Assembly: GCA_033581555.1 (NCBI GenBank)
Contig: JAVQSZ010000004.1
Span: 1-64,000 of the forward strand
DNA: 64,000 nucleotides
Direction of reading: 5' to 3'
Source: Nitrososphaerota archaeon
GTDB taxonomy: Archaea > Thermoproteota > Nitrososphaeria_A > Caldarchaeales > Calditenuaceae
Shown here: in pieces, positions 47,901-57,433 of the stretch
How the letters are laid out: every line of letters starts with the position of its first letter
Numbering within the stretch: the first letter of the stretch is position 1
Notes under the pieces: model-generated
The model's input: the letters and a program-made list of their open reading frames with translations, nothing else
Told to the model about the DNA's origin: nothing
Databases searched by the model: none
Position numbers and translations under genes: made by a program

Positions 47901-48797
47901 TTAGGAGGAGCTGGAGCCCCCGAAGTAGACGAAGAAGTCCTCGTCCTCGACTAGCAGCTTCATCTCGTCGAAGTCCACCTTCTCTCCCCTCTCAAGCCTC
48001 TCGAGGACCTCCTTCTTCTTCCTCTCCTTGACCGTCGAGACCCTCCTCTTCCAGAGCTCCTCCTTCTCGGCCCTCAGCGTCCTCCTGAGGTCGTAGATCT
48101 TCGAGGCCAGGAGAATCGTCTCTGCCTCGTACCTGTCCCAGGTGTTCTTCAGCTGGAGGTATTTCTGCTTGGCCTCCTCGTGCTTGGCCTTGAGCTCGTC
48201 GTATTTCGCGTTCAGGACCTTCAGCTCGTTGTTGATCGCGGAGAGTCTGCCGTTGAGGTTGTCAAGCTCGCCCCTCTTCGCGTCCAGCTCCCTCTTCTTC
48301 TGCTCGACCTCCGGGTAAAGCCTGAGGAGCTCCTCGTTGATCTTGAGGGCCTTCTCGTACTCGTTCAGCATAGCCTCGAGCCTTGAAGCCTCCTCGAAGA
48401 GCCTCCTCTCCTCCTCCCTCCTGACCCTGTGGGCCGCGAGGTAGAGGTCGATCTCGTCGAGCCTCCTCCTGATCCTCTCGACGTCGATCCTCTTCATCAC
48501 GCCCTTGATCTCGCCGCGCTTGCTCCTGATCTCGAAGACCATGTTGAGCAGCTCCTCCCTCAACCTCCTGACCTCCGACCTCAGGTTCCTGACCGAGTCG
48601 AGCAGTGAGAGCTTCTCTGCCTTGAGGTTCGCGATCTGCTCCCTTATCCTCCCCATCTCCTCCCAGATCGCGTTCTTGGCCCTGTACTGCTTGAGGGCCT
48701 CCTCCTTCACCTCGCCGACCTTCTCCTGGAGCTCCTTGAGCCTCTCGCGGACCTCGTAGAGCTGCTCCTCAGCAGCGTTGTGCTCCGCGTAGCTCAT
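47901..48797 (-). CDS. Archaeal coiled-coil protein
   Basis: Continuous E/K/R-rich heptads, C-terminal ERLERGEKVDFDEM. Confidence 0.75.
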   Translation of the reverse strand: MSYAEHNAAEEQLYEVRERLKELQEKVGEVKEEALKQYRAKNAIWEEMGRIREQIANLKAEKLSLLDSVRNLRSEVRRLREELLNMVFEIRSKRGEIKGVMKRIDVERIRRRLDEIDLYLAAHRVRREEERRLFEEASRLEAMLNEYEKALKINEELLRLYPEVEQKKRELDAKRGELDNLNGRLSAINNELKVLNAKYDELKAKHEEAKQKYLQLKNTWDRYEAETILLASKIYDLRRTLRAEKEELWKRRVSTVKERKKKEVLERLERGEKVDFDEMKLLVEDEDFFVYFGGSSSS

Positions 48798-49555
48798 CTC
48801 AGTTCATCCTCCCCTTCACCGAAGGTCCTAGTTATAGCCATATGCAGGACCGGGAACCCGTCCATCGTCTTCGAGGAGACGATCACGTGCGGGATGAAGG
48901 CCCTGATCTCGCTGACGGCCTTCGCGACCTCCCTCGCCATCAACAGGGTCACCCCGCCGCTCCTCCTGTCGAGGTCGACCTCGTAGGCCTCTTGGGAGCT
49001 CAACCACCTCGAGATCCTGGCCAGGACCCTCCTCGGGACTACGTCGGACTTCGTGACCGCCATCACCATCGGCATCGCGAACCTCAGGTAGACCGAGGCT
49101 GCGAGGAACATCGAGGACGCGAAGGTCCTCGGGGTGTGGGAGAGGATCGGGTCGAGGAGGTAGAGGATCGCTCCCCTCTCGAGGGTGAGGGCCTTTGCCA
49201 CGATCAGCCCCTCCCTCCTGAACGCGAAGATCTCCATCTGGCCGGGGGTGTCGACGATTAAGTAATCGACGTGGAGGCCCTGGACCTCCTCGACCAAGGC
49301 CTCGACGTTCCTCGCGACCTCCCTCACGGAGTAGATCAGGGCCGAGTTCGGCCCCACGCCCCTCATGGCCATTATCCTCTCGTAGTCCACCATCTCCCTC
49401 ACGTCAACGTCGGGCTCGTAGGGCAGCGTGATCGCCGCGGGGTCGAGGTTCACGGTCGCCACCGACTGCTCGTTTTCCCTCAGCCAGTCAACCAGCGCTG
49501 AGGTCAGCGTCGACTTGCCAGAGGACGCCGTGCCCACGACGAATATGGTCCTCAA
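48794..49555 (-). CDS. GPN-loop GTPase
   Basis: GTASSGKS, VNLDPA, GPN, DTPGQME, TKSD; TTG 49555 preferred because ATG 49594 abuts the TATA box. Confidence 0.9.
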   Translation of the reverse strand: MRTIFVVGTASSGKSTLTSALVDWLRENEQSVATVNLDPAAITLPYEPDVDVREMVDYERIMAMRGVGPNSALIYSVREVARNVEALVEEVQGLHVDYLIVDTPGQMEIFAFRREGLIVAKALTLERGAILYLLDPILSHTPRTFASSMFLAASVYLRFAMPMVMAVTKSDVVPRRVLARISRWLSSQEAYEVDLDRRSGGVTLLMAREVAKAVSEIRAFIPHVIVSSKTMDGFPVLHMAITRTFGEGEDELR

Positions 49556-49664
49556 GAGCCGCGCAGCTCCGCGTTCCGCCAAGGATTTAACCATGAAGTC
49601 CTAGTCGGGCCGCGGTCTGCATCAGGTCGGACCTCGGTCGCCGCAGAGCGGCAGGGGTGATTGG

Positions 49665-50168
49665 TCACCTCCTGAACTGCAGCAGTATCCCGGCAGCGAC
49701 AGTCGCGCCGGCGAGCAGAAGGGCCACGAGGTGACCGGCGCCGAGGCCCGTTAGCCCGGTATAGAGCATGTACCCGCCGATCGCCGATGAGGTCACGACA
49801 AGGAGGACCTCGTGGAAGAAGAACCCGACCAGGAACCCGATCAGGGCCATGAGGAGGGCCAAGGCGAGGCCTGAGCCGAGCGACGACGCGATGACGTATC
49901 CGAAGAGCGCGAGGACGAGCCCAGCGCCCACCCTGAGGAGCAAAAGGCCCACGAACCCCAGCCCCGCGAAGGCGATGACCGTGACGACGTCGAGGAGGAA
50001 CGGCGAGAGCCTCCCCGCGAGGACCTCCCTCAACAAAAGGGCCCCCAGCGCGCCGGCCGCGATGAAGGCTGCTAGCTTCAGGACCCTCTTCCCCAGGAAA
50101 GCCAGGAGGAGCCCCAGCCCTATCAGGATCAGGTTGAGGGCGGTGCCCGGCACAGGGACCGACACCAC
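49665..50168 (-). CDS. Hypothetical membrane protein (DUF4203-like)
   Basis: About 6 Gly-rich TMs, AFLGKR..TSSAIGG..GILLQ. Confidence 0.65.
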   Translation of the reverse strand: MVSVPVPGTALNLILIGLGLLLAFLGKRVLKLAAFIAAGALGALLLREVLAGRLSPFLLDVVTVIAFAGLGFVGLLLLRVGAGLVLALFGYVIASSLGSGLALALLMALIGFLVGFFFHEVLLVVTSSAIGGYMLYTGLTGLGAGHLVALLLAGATVAAGILLQFRR

Positions 50169-50175
50169 GGGTCCC

Positions 50176-50361
50176 TCACCGGACCACCCTCAGGAGCCGG
50201 AGGCCGTTCAGCAGGAGCATGACTCCGAGCGCGGCAACCAACACCCCGATGAGCTCCACTATCAGCCTCCAGCTGACCGCGAGCCCTATCACCAGCAGTA
50301 TCAGGCCCGCGACCACGTAGAGCACGCCGGTCGTCTCCCCGCTCGCGGTCATGGTGATCAC
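50176..50361 (-). CDS. Small two-TM membrane protein
   Basis: Directly follows rps15; two hydrophobic helices. Confidence 0.6.
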   Translation of the reverse strand: MITMTASGETTGVLYVVAGLILLVIGLAVSWRLIVELIGVLVAALGVMLLLNGLRLLRVVR

Positions 50362-50808
50362 CTACGCGTAGGTGTAGAGCGTCCTGAACTGGAAGTCCTT
50401 TGGGAGCCTCCCGATCCTCTTGTAGTACTTCACGAGCCTGTGTATCTTCGCCTCGACCAGCTGGAGCCTGTGCCTGTTGTACCTGTCGGACCTGTTGTTC
50501 TGGAGGTGGACGTGCATCCTCCTCGCCCTCTCGATGAGGTTCATCAGGTCCTCGGGGATCTCCTGGCCGAGCCCGCGCTCTCTGAGTATCTGGGTGACGC
50601 TCTTCCCCGTGATTGCCCTAACGAGCGGTATCCCGTGCTGGTCCCGCAGTACCGTCCCGATCAAGCTCGGCGACATGCCCTGCCTCGCGTAGCTCACGAC
50701 CAGCTCCTCGACCTCCTCCGGCGTGGCCGTCACCCATGAGGGTGGAGACTTCGAGATCGGGCGCTTCGAGCCGGACTTGCCCCGCTTTCTCGCGTGCATC
50801 CGCGCCAT
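50362..50808 (-). CDS. rps15: 30S ribosomal protein S15 (uS15)
   Basis: MARMHARKRGKSGS, IGTVLRDQHGIP, IPEDL, EAKIHRLVKYY. Confidence 0.97.
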   Translation of the reverse strand: MARMHARKRGKSGSKRPISKSPPSWVTATPEEVEELVVSYARQGMSPSLIGTVLRDQHGIPLVRAITGKSVTQILRERGLGQEIPEDLMNLIERARRMHVHLQNNRSDRYNRHRLQLVEAKIHRLVKYYKRIGRLPKDFQFRTLYTYA

Positions 50809-50909
50809 TTCCGTCCCATCGATCGGAGCTCGCTCTAAAAATAAACCGTACGTGGCTCCTCGGCCCGATGGCGGGGTGATCCGTTAAAGTTGATAGAGCG
50901 ACGAGTCAA

Positions 50910-51341
50910 GTGCTCGAGCGAATGATCAGGCTGAAGAGGGCCCACGTCGAGGAGATGAGGTCCCACCTGGCTTCGGTCTACCCGGAGGAGGGCTGCGGCC
51001 TCCTGGTGGGGAGGGTGGTGAACGGAGTGAGGGAGGTGGAGAGGCTGGTACCGATGAGGAACGTCTACAACGGCTCGAGGAGGAACAGGTACTCGATAGA
51101 CCCGCTGGAGTACGTGAAGGTCGAGAGGGAGGCGGCCGAGAGGGGCGAGGTCGTCCTCGGGGTCTACCACAGCCACCCGGACTACCCCGCAGTCCCGAGC
51201 AGCCACGACCTGGAGCACGCGGTCCCGGAGTTCACGTACGTCATCGTCTCGATCTCGGGGAGGGACGTCAAGGGGATCTCCGCGTGGAGGCTCGACGAAG
51301 TCCTGAGGAGGTTCGAGGTCGAGGACATGTCGATCGAGTAG
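50910..51341 (+). CDS. JAB/MPN+ (M67) metallo-isopeptidase
   Basis: YPEEGCGLLVG, YHSHPDYPAVPSSHD. Confidence 0.92.
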   Translation: MLERMIRLKRAHVEEMRSHLASVYPEEGCGLLVGRVVNGVREVERLVPMRNVYNGSRRNRYSIDPLEYVKVEREAAERGEVVLGVYHSHPDYPAVPSSHDLEHAVPEFTYVIVSISGRDVKGISAWRLDEVLRRFEVEDMSIE

Positions 51342-51346
51342 GTTCC

Positions 51347-52552
51347 CTACGCCATGCACCACCTCTCCGAGGGCCTGAAGACGTGGAGCTCCTGGAAGTC
51401 GCTCGACAGGAAGACCGCGCCCAGCTTCAGGTGCCTCACCGCGTCCCTGTAGCTCGTCAGGATCCGGACCGCGTTCTTAGACTTGACGAAGCCCATGAGC
51501 ATCGCGAGGCTGAGGACCCGTGACCTCTCGTCGAGGACGTATGACAACAGACCTACGCCAGCCCTCCTGAGGTCGGGGCCGGTATCGAGCTCGTCGGGAG
51601 CGAGGAGGGCCGCGTCGACGCCGTGCCTCTCCGCGTCCAGTACCGCCTCCTCGAAGTAGGGCTCAGGGTCGTCGATGAAGGAGTCCGAGACGACGGTCGA
51701 ATACCTCACCCAGCTCTTCACTAGCTGCCTGACGGAGCTCTCCCTGAAGGCGTTCGAGGTCCTCATCTCCCTGGCCCTCTTCCTCTCCTCCCTGCTCCTC
51801 GAGGCCATCGTCTCAGGCCTCTCCAGGAAGACCGCCTCGGCCCCGACCTCCTCGATCGCCCTCCCGATCTCCTCCCCGGGCTCGATCCCCATCAGCAGGA
51901 CGTGAGTCGGTCTCACCGCCCTGATCAGCTCGGACTTGTGGTGGATCGCGTCGTCTCCGTCGACCCAACCGTCCACGTCGATCAGGACCCTCTCGGCGCC
52001 CGCGAGGTCCTGCAGGACCCTCCTCGCGACCGCGATCGACCTTCCGACGCAGAGCGAGGGCGAGGTGAACCCGAAGGCGTAGACGGCCTCGGCCCTGAGG
52101 CTGTAAAGCGCGTGGGTGCTGGACCCCGCCTTAGCGTACCCGATCGTCGTGGGTGGGCAGATCTCGCCCTGGCCGACGTCTAGGTCGACGAAGTGGACCT
52201 CTCCCCTCGAGACAGAGCCGTTCAACAGCGTCAACAGGACCGAGGTCTTCCCCGAGTCGATCCTCCCCAGTGCCATCGCCTTGAAACTCCCGCCGAGCGA
52301 TCCGGCGAGCCTCCTCCACGACTCCGGGATCGGGTCGAAGTCCAGCTCCTCGTATGAGCTCCCGGTCCCGAGGCTCAGCACCACGGTCGAGTCCTCGAGC
52401 GCTGTGATGGGGACCGTCTTCCAGGGCTTCACCACGACGCTCTCCCCTCTCCTCGGCTTGTGACCGAAGACCTCGACGGCTCCCGACTCAAGCGAGGCCG
52501 ACGCCGGGCCCTTCAGCAGCACGGCCTTCCCCTTCTTCAGCTCTAGCCTCAT
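51347..52552 (-). CDS. Clp1/Grc3-like polynucleotide 5'-kinase
   Basis: N-terminal GPAS beta domain, GRIDSGKT, DLDVGQ, DVDGW, RSREERKRARE. Confidence 0.85.
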   Translation of the reverse strand: MRLELKKGKAVLLKGPASASLESGAVEVFGHKPRRGESVVVKPWKTVPITALEDSTVVLSLGTGSSYEELDFDPIPESWRRLAGSLGGSFKAMALGRIDSGKTSVLLTLLNGSVSRGEVHFVDLDVGQGEICPPTTIGYAKAGSSTHALYSLRAEAVYAFGFTSPSLCVGRSIAVARRVLQDLAGAERVLIDVDGWVDGDDAIHHKSELIRAVRPTHVLLMGIEPGEEIGRAIEEVGAEAVFLERPETMASRSREERKRAREMRTSNAFRESSVRQLVKSWVRYSTVVSDSFIDDPEPYFEEAVLDAERHGVDAALLAPDELDTGPDLRRAGVGLLSYVLDERSRVLSLAMLMGFVKSKNAVRILTSYRDAVRHLKLGAVFLSSDFQELHVFRPSERWCMA

Positions 52553-52652
52553 GCACCGAGTGAGCATCCTCAGCCGGGAAAAAAGTTGAGGGGGTCGGAA
52601 AGAGCCCAGCCGTCCGCCAAACCTTATTACAGGCGCGGGGCGAATTCAGCCG

Positions 52653-53444
52653 ATGAGCTGGGGCCTCCAGAACAGGCTCTCCAGGATCATCAAGCCCTCC
52701 ACGAAGAGGACCGTTATGCTAGCTGTAGACCACGGCTACTTCCTCGGACCGATCAGGGGCCTTGAGAACCCCAGGAGGACGATAACGCCACTCCTGCCTT
52801 ACGCCGACGCGATCATGCTGACTAGGGGTGTCCTGAGGACCAGCGTCGACCCGACCGTCGACGTCCCGATCGTGCTGAGGGTCTCCGGGGGCAACACGAT
52901 CGCGGGCCCTGCGCTGGGCGACGAGGAGATCGTGACCTCGATTGAGGACGCGGTGAGGCTGAACGCCTCGGCCCTGGCCTTCTCGATCTACGTCGGCACC
53001 CAGTACGAGCACCAGACGCTGAAGGCCCTCGCTCAGCTCGTAGACCTCGGGGAGACCTACGGCATACCGGTCCTCGCTGTCACCGCGGTCGGCAGGGAGC
53101 TCGAGAAGCGCGAGACCAAGTACATAGCCCTCGCCTGCAGGGTCGCCGCAGAGCTCGGAGCCCACTTCATCAAGACCTACTACACGCCGGAGTTCGAGAG
53201 GGTCGTCGAATCGGCCCCGGTGCCCTTGGTGGTCGCCGGCGGGCCCAAGATGGAGACGGAGCTCGACGCGTTGAAGCTCGCCTACGACGCGGTCCAGGCT
53301 GGGGCCGCGGGCGTCGACTTCGGCAGGAACGTCTTCCAGTCCTCTAACCCCGTCGGGATGATCAAGGCTCTCAGAAGGATCGTCCATGAGAACTGGAATA
53401 CGAAGGAGGCGGCCCAAGAGCTGGGCCAGTTGGCCGTCAGGTGA
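52653..53444 (+). CDS. lsrF: LsrF-like thiolase/class I aldolase
   Basis: WGLQNRLSRI, MLAVDHGYFLGP, VTAVG, AELGAHFIKTYY, AGGPK, GVDFGRNVFQ. Confidence 0.8.
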   Translation: MSWGLQNRLSRIIKPSTKRTVMLAVDHGYFLGPIRGLENPRRTITPLLPYADAIMLTRGVLRTSVDPTVDVPIVLRVSGGNTIAGPALGDEEIVTSIEDAVRLNASALAFSIYVGTQYEHQTLKALAQLVDLGETYGIPVLAVTAVGRELEKRETKYIALACRVAAELGAHFIKTYYTPEFERVVESAPVPLVVAGGPKMETELDALKLAYDAVQAGAAGVDFGRNVFQSSNPVGMIKALRRIVHENWNTKEAAQELGQLAVR

Positions 53445-53948
53445 TCAGGTCCGGCCTGAGCCCTTCTCGTCGCTCACCAGGACCAGTCCCTCCGAAGTCA
53501 CGAGCCTCAGCAACTCATCGTATTTCAGCTCGATCTCGACGACCGAGCCGTCGGGGTCAGAGAGGTCGATGACCTCCCTCCTCTTCCAGACGTAACCGCC
53601 GCCCTTCAGGTTGAGCCTGCTGAAGATCCCCACTAGGCTCAGCGGTATCCTCCTGGACCTGAAGGGGAGCAGGTACTCGACGAAGCAGAACCTGTGGGCC
53701 CTGTCGTGGACGTCGCCGTAGAACGTGTTGAAGTAGACGTAGAGCGGATCGGACCTGTAGTACGTCTCCCAAGTCGTGTACCTCGAGTAGTACGGGACCC
53801 ATCCCTCGTCACGGAGCTCCATGTCCTCGAGGGAGACCGGCCTCTTCCAGCTTGAGACCAGGAAGCCCCTTTCCTCCAGCTTCGGGATCACAGCTCCCCT
53901 CAGTATCCCCTGCCGGAGCAGCTCGATCCTCTCCCTCTGCGTCGTCAT
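53445..53948 (-). CDS. Hypothetical protein
   Basis: Fills the gap with host-like codon usage; aromatic-rich; ATG 53948. Confidence 0.65.
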   Translation of the reverse strand: MTTQRERIELLRQGILRGAVIPKLEERGFLVSSWKRPVSLEDMELRDEGWVPYYSRYTTWETYYRSDPLYVYFNTFYGDVHDRAHRFCFVEYLLPFRSRRIPLSLVGIFSRLNLKGGGYVWKRREVIDLSDPDGSVVEIELKYDELLRLVTSEGLVLVSDEKGSGRT

Positions 53949-54024
53949 CGCGTTACCGACCTTGGTTTCTTCCGTCCGGAGCGGCCGCACTTTATATTAA
54001 GTTGTCTCGGAACCGCGCGGCGGG

Positions 54025-54987
54025 ATGAAGTGCAGGGCGAGGGCGTTCACGATGCAGGCCCTCGTGAAGTACCACGGTATGAGGGACTGGAACCTGAGGA
54101 TACCTTACCACGACAGCGTCTCCGTGAACACGGACGTCGCCTACGTCGACGCGGAGGTCGAGTTCGGCGACTTCGGTTCGGACTCGGTCGTCATGAACGG
54201 CGAGGTCGCGAGGGGCAGGTCGCTGGAGAGGGTGATCAGCGTGATAGAAAGAGTCAGGTCGCTCGCGGGGATCGAGGAGAGAGTGAGGGTCGTGACGGAG
54301 AACCACCCGAAGGTCAGGGCCAAGGGGATGGGATACTCTGCGGCCGCGGGGGCATCGATCGCTAAGGCTGCTCTTTACGCCGTAGGGCTCAGGGACTTGG
54401 CGGAGGACTCGAGGTTCCTCTCGAGGGTTGCGAGGCTCCTGGCGGGCTCAGCCTGCAGGTCAGCGGTCGGGAGGTTCGCGAGGTGGTACGCCGGGACGTC
54501 CGACGAGGACAGCTACGCCGAGACCTTCGCCGACGAGAGGGACCTGGACCTGAAGTTCGTGATAGTCCCGCTCCACGCGGACATCACGACGGAGGACGCC
54601 CACAGGGAGGCCGAGACTTCGCCCTTCTTCAGGGAGAGGATCAGGACCGCGAACGAGAGGTGCGACGCGGTCGTCAAGGCGATCAAGGACGGCGACTTCG
54701 ACGCGTTCGGGAGGCTGGTCGAGAGGGACAGCCTCGAGCTCCACGCGGTCACGATGACTGGAGACTCGGGGCTCATTCCGGTCACGCCCGACTCGCTCAG
54801 GGTGATCTCGGTCGTGAAGTCCCTCAGGGCCGCAAGAATACCGGCCTACTACTCGATGCAGACTGGCCCAACGGTCTACGTCAACACGCTGCCAGAGCAC
54901 GTCGAGGAGGTCGAGCTGGAGCTCAGGAGCGCGGGGTACTTCACGCTAGTCTCGGGAGTCGGCGGGGGAGCGACGGTCATAAGATAG
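54025..54987 (+). CDS. mvaD: Mevalonate-phosphate decarboxylase (GHMP family), haloarchaeal PMD-like
   Basis: QALVKYHGMRD..RIPYHDSVSV, KGMGYSAAAGA, GSACRS, SMQTGPTVYVNT. Confidence 0.82.
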   Translation: MKCRARAFTMQALVKYHGMRDWNLRIPYHDSVSVNTDVAYVDAEVEFGDFGSDSVVMNGEVARGRSLERVISVIERVRSLAGIEERVRVVTENHPKVRAKGMGYSAAAGASIAKAALYAVGLRDLAEDSRFLSRVARLLAGSACRSAVGRFARWYAGTSDEDSYAETFADERDLDLKFVIVPLHADITTEDAHREAETSPFFRERIRTANERCDAVVKAIKDGDFDAFGRLVERDSLELHAVTMTGDSGLIPVTPDSLRVISVVKSLRAARIPAYYSMQTGPTVYVNTLPEHVEEVELELRSAGYFTLVSGVGGGATVIR

Positions 54988-55011
54988 GCCCTTGAGGGCG
55001 TAAAGGGCGAA

Positions 55012-55908
55012 ATGGTCTTGAAGGTCGGGCTCTGCGTCCCCAACTTCGGCAACAACCTCAGCAAGGAGCTCGTCGTGGCGTCCGCGGTCGAGGCCGAGCG
55101 GCTAGGTTACGACTCGGTCTGGGTGACCGACCACATCGCCATCGGCGCGGCGCATCCCTACCCCTACGGGAGGACCTATGAGGCCGTGACGACCCTCGCC
55201 TATCTGGCCGCGAAGACCGAGTCGGTCAAGCTCGGGACGTCGGTGGTCGTGGCCCCTCTCAGGAACGCGGTCCTGATCGCGAAGCAGATGGCCACACTCG
55301 ACGTCCTCTCGGGAGGGAGGGTCATCGTGGGTTTGGGAGCAGGATGGGAGCCGACGGAGTTCAGGGCCCTGGGCTCGGACTTCAGGAGGAGGGGAAGACT
55401 GCTGGACGAGCAGGTCAGGCTGATCAAGGCCCTTTGGTCAGGGAAGGCCCCGGACTTCGTCGGCGAGTTCCACAGGGTCTCGGGCGTGCTCTTCAGCCCC
55501 TCCCCGACCACAGCAGGAGGGCCGCCGATTTGGATGGGTGGGAACTCCGAGAGGGCAGTCAGGAGGGCCCTTGAGCTCGCAGACGGCTGGCACTTCACCG
55601 GGATGCCCCTCGACGAGTTCGCGGATCGAATGAGGCTGGTCAGGTCCCGACCGAGGGAGGGCTTCGTCGTCTCGGGCAGGATCACCGTGAGGCTCGACCC
55701 GAGGGCGAGGGGCGAAGAGGTTCGGGCCGGGTCAGGGGAGAGGAGGTACGTCCTTGGCGGCGACGCAGGTAGGGTCGCGGAGGACCTCTCGAGGTACTTC
55801 GACCTGGGACTTCAGTACCCGGTAGTCTACCTCGGCGACCTGAAGCTGGAGGAGCTCAGGGCTAAGATGAGGATGTTCATCAGGGACGTCGCGCCCTCCT
55901 TACCCTAG
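55012..55908 (+). CDS. LLM-class F420-dependent oxidoreductase
   Basis: AERLGYDSVWVTDH, LGTSV, AKQMATLDVLSGGR, GAGW, PPIWMGG. Confidence 0.88.
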   Translation: MVLKVGLCVPNFGNNLSKELVVASAVEAERLGYDSVWVTDHIAIGAAHPYPYGRTYEAVTTLAYLAAKTESVKLGTSVVVAPLRNAVLIAKQMATLDVLSGGRVIVGLGAGWEPTEFRALGSDFRRRGRLLDEQVRLIKALWSGKAPDFVGEFHRVSGVLFSPSPTTAGGPPIWMGGNSERAVRRALELADGWHFTGMPLDEFADRMRLVRSRPREGFVVSGRITVRLDPRARGEEVRAGSGERRYVLGGDAGRVAEDLSRYFDLGLQYPVVYLGDLKLEELRAKMRMFIRDVAPSLP

Positions 55909-56198
55909 ACATCGGGGCAGAGGCAGGGCTTCGACCCGCACCGCGGGCACCTGTCGGCGTACTTCGACGTGAAGGCCCTCTCGAGGTCCACGTCCAGGAC
56001 GTTAGCGAGGCTCGCGAGCCATGCCAGCACGTCCGCCAGCTCCTCCTCGACCCCCTTACGACCGTCCTTGACGACTGCGTCCGCCACCTCGCCGACCTCC
56101 GAGACCAGCCAGAGCAGCGTCCTCTCTGCGCCCCTCCTCGCGTCCCTCTGGCCGTAGAGCTCCCTCATCATCCTCTGGATCTCCGAGACCGTCGGCAC
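55905..56198 (-). CDS. MazG-like nucleotide pyrophosphohydrolase
   Basis: WLVSEVGEVA, EEELADVLAW, KY..CPRCG..PC.C. Confidence 0.88.
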   Translation of the reverse strand: MPTVSEIQRMMRELYGQRDARRGAERTLLWLVSEVGEVADAVVKDGRKGVEEELADVLAWLASLANVLDVDLERAFTSKYADRCPRCGSKPCLCPDV

Positions 56199-56235
56199 GT
56201 GGCTGAGTCCCTTCGGCCCGGTAAAAATCTGACAG

Positions 56236-56568
56236 CTAGCCCTCGACCCTCCTGAAGAAGCAGGTCCTGTTCCCGGTGTGGCAGGCCGGTCCCCTGGGCC
56301 TAACTAGGTAGAGGAGGGTATCGCCGTCGCAGTCGACCATCACGTCCACGACTTCCATCACGTTCCCCGACTCCTCGCCCTTCATCCAGAGCCTGTCCCT
56401 CGACCTGCTCCAGAAGAACGCCTTTCCCTCCCTCAGCGTCGCCTCGAGGGCCTCCCTGTTCGCGAAGGCGACCATCAGGACCTCCTTCGTCACGACGTCC
56501 TGGACGACGACCGGCACTAACCCGTTCGACTTCGTGAAGTCGAGTTCGTCGGGCCCCACGGAGCTCAA
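56236..56568 (-). CDS. hisI: Phosphoribosyl-AMP cyclohydrolase
   Basis: GLVPVVVQD, WSRSR..LWMKGEESG, DCDGD, ACHTG..TCF; TTG 56568 overlaps the hisF stop. Confidence 0.95.
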   Translation of the reverse strand: MSSVGPDELDFTKSNGLVPVVVQDVVTKEVLMVAFANREALEATLREGKAFFWSRSRDRLWMKGEESGNVMEVVDVMVDCDGDTLLYLVRPRGPACHTGNRTCFFRRVEG

Positions 56569-57332
56569 AGCCTCACCTCCACGCCCCTTGAACTTAGGTA
56601 CTCCTTCACCTGCCTGACCGTCAGCTTCCCGAAGTGGAAGACCGAGGCCGCGAGCACTGCGTCGGCCCCTCCCTCCGCGATCGCCGCGTGGAAGTCCTCG
56701 AGGGTCCCCGCGCCCCCGCTGGCTATCACCGGGACGTTCACCGAGCCGGTTATCCTGCGTAGCAGCTCGACGTCGTATCCCTGCTGCCTCCCGTCTTTGT
56801 CTATCGACGTGATCAGCAGCTCGCCGGCCCCCAGCTCCGCGGCCCTCGCGGCCCAATCCTCCGCGGTTAGGCCCGTTGGCCTCGTCCCCGAGTGGGTGTA
56901 GACCCTGTAGACGACCCTGTCCCCGGAGCGCTCCCTCGCCGCGTCGATCGCGACCACGACGCACTGGTCGCCGTACCTCCTCGAGAGCCTGGGGATCAGC
57001 TCAGGCCTCTCGACGGCCATCGTGTTGATCGAGACCTTATCGGCGCCGTTCCTCAGCAGCGCCTCCGCGTCCTCAGGGCTCCGGATCCCTCCCCCGACCG
57101 TGAAGGGTATATCGATCTCCTCAGCGACCCTCCTCACCACTTCGACCGTTGCGGCCCTCCCCTCGACCGAGGCCGAGACGTCGAGGAAGACCAGCTCGTC
57201 GGCCCCCTCCTGGACGTACCTCGCGGCCAGCTCGACCGGGTCTCCCGCGTCCCTCAGCCCCCTGAACGAGACCCCCTTCACGACCCTGCCCTTGTCCACG
57301 TCGAGGCATGGGATCACCCTCTTGGCGACCAT
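56565..57332 (-). CDS. hisF: Imidazole glycerol phosphate synthase cyclase subunit
   Basis: KRVIPCLDV, RDAGDP, GADELVFLD, TVGGGI, IASGGAG. Confidence 0.96.
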   Translation of the reverse strand: MVAKRVIPCLDVDKGRVVKGVSFRGLRDAGDPVELAARYVQEGADELVFLDVSASVEGRAATVEVVRRVAEEIDIPFTVGGGIRSPEDAEALLRNGADKVSINTMAVERPELIPRLSRRYGDQCVVVAIDAARERSGDRVVYRVYTHSGTRPTGLTAEDWAARAAELGAGELLITSIDKDGRQQGYDVELLRRITGSVNVPVIASGGAGTLEDFHAAIAEGGADAVLAASVFHFGKLTVRQVKEYLSSRGVEVRL

Positions 57333-57433
57333 CAGTGCGCCACCCCCTCTCCTCTCATTTAACTCGAGCGCCGAGTCGGCGGCAACGCGATGGACTTATC
57401 AACGCGGGGAGCCCTCAAGCCGGCGGAAACCGA

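Noticed and set aside
47901-48797. Coiled-coil protein as a possible SMC/ESCRT/defence component
   Set aside because: No ATPase or other diagnostic motif; fits a common archaeal coiled-coil family
21893-56198. PLD, macro domain, JAB, RNase HI and MazG genes as a defence system (CBASS/Thoeris-like)
   Set aside because: Scattered among housekeeping genes over more than 30 kb, not clustered, and each resembles ordinary archaeal members
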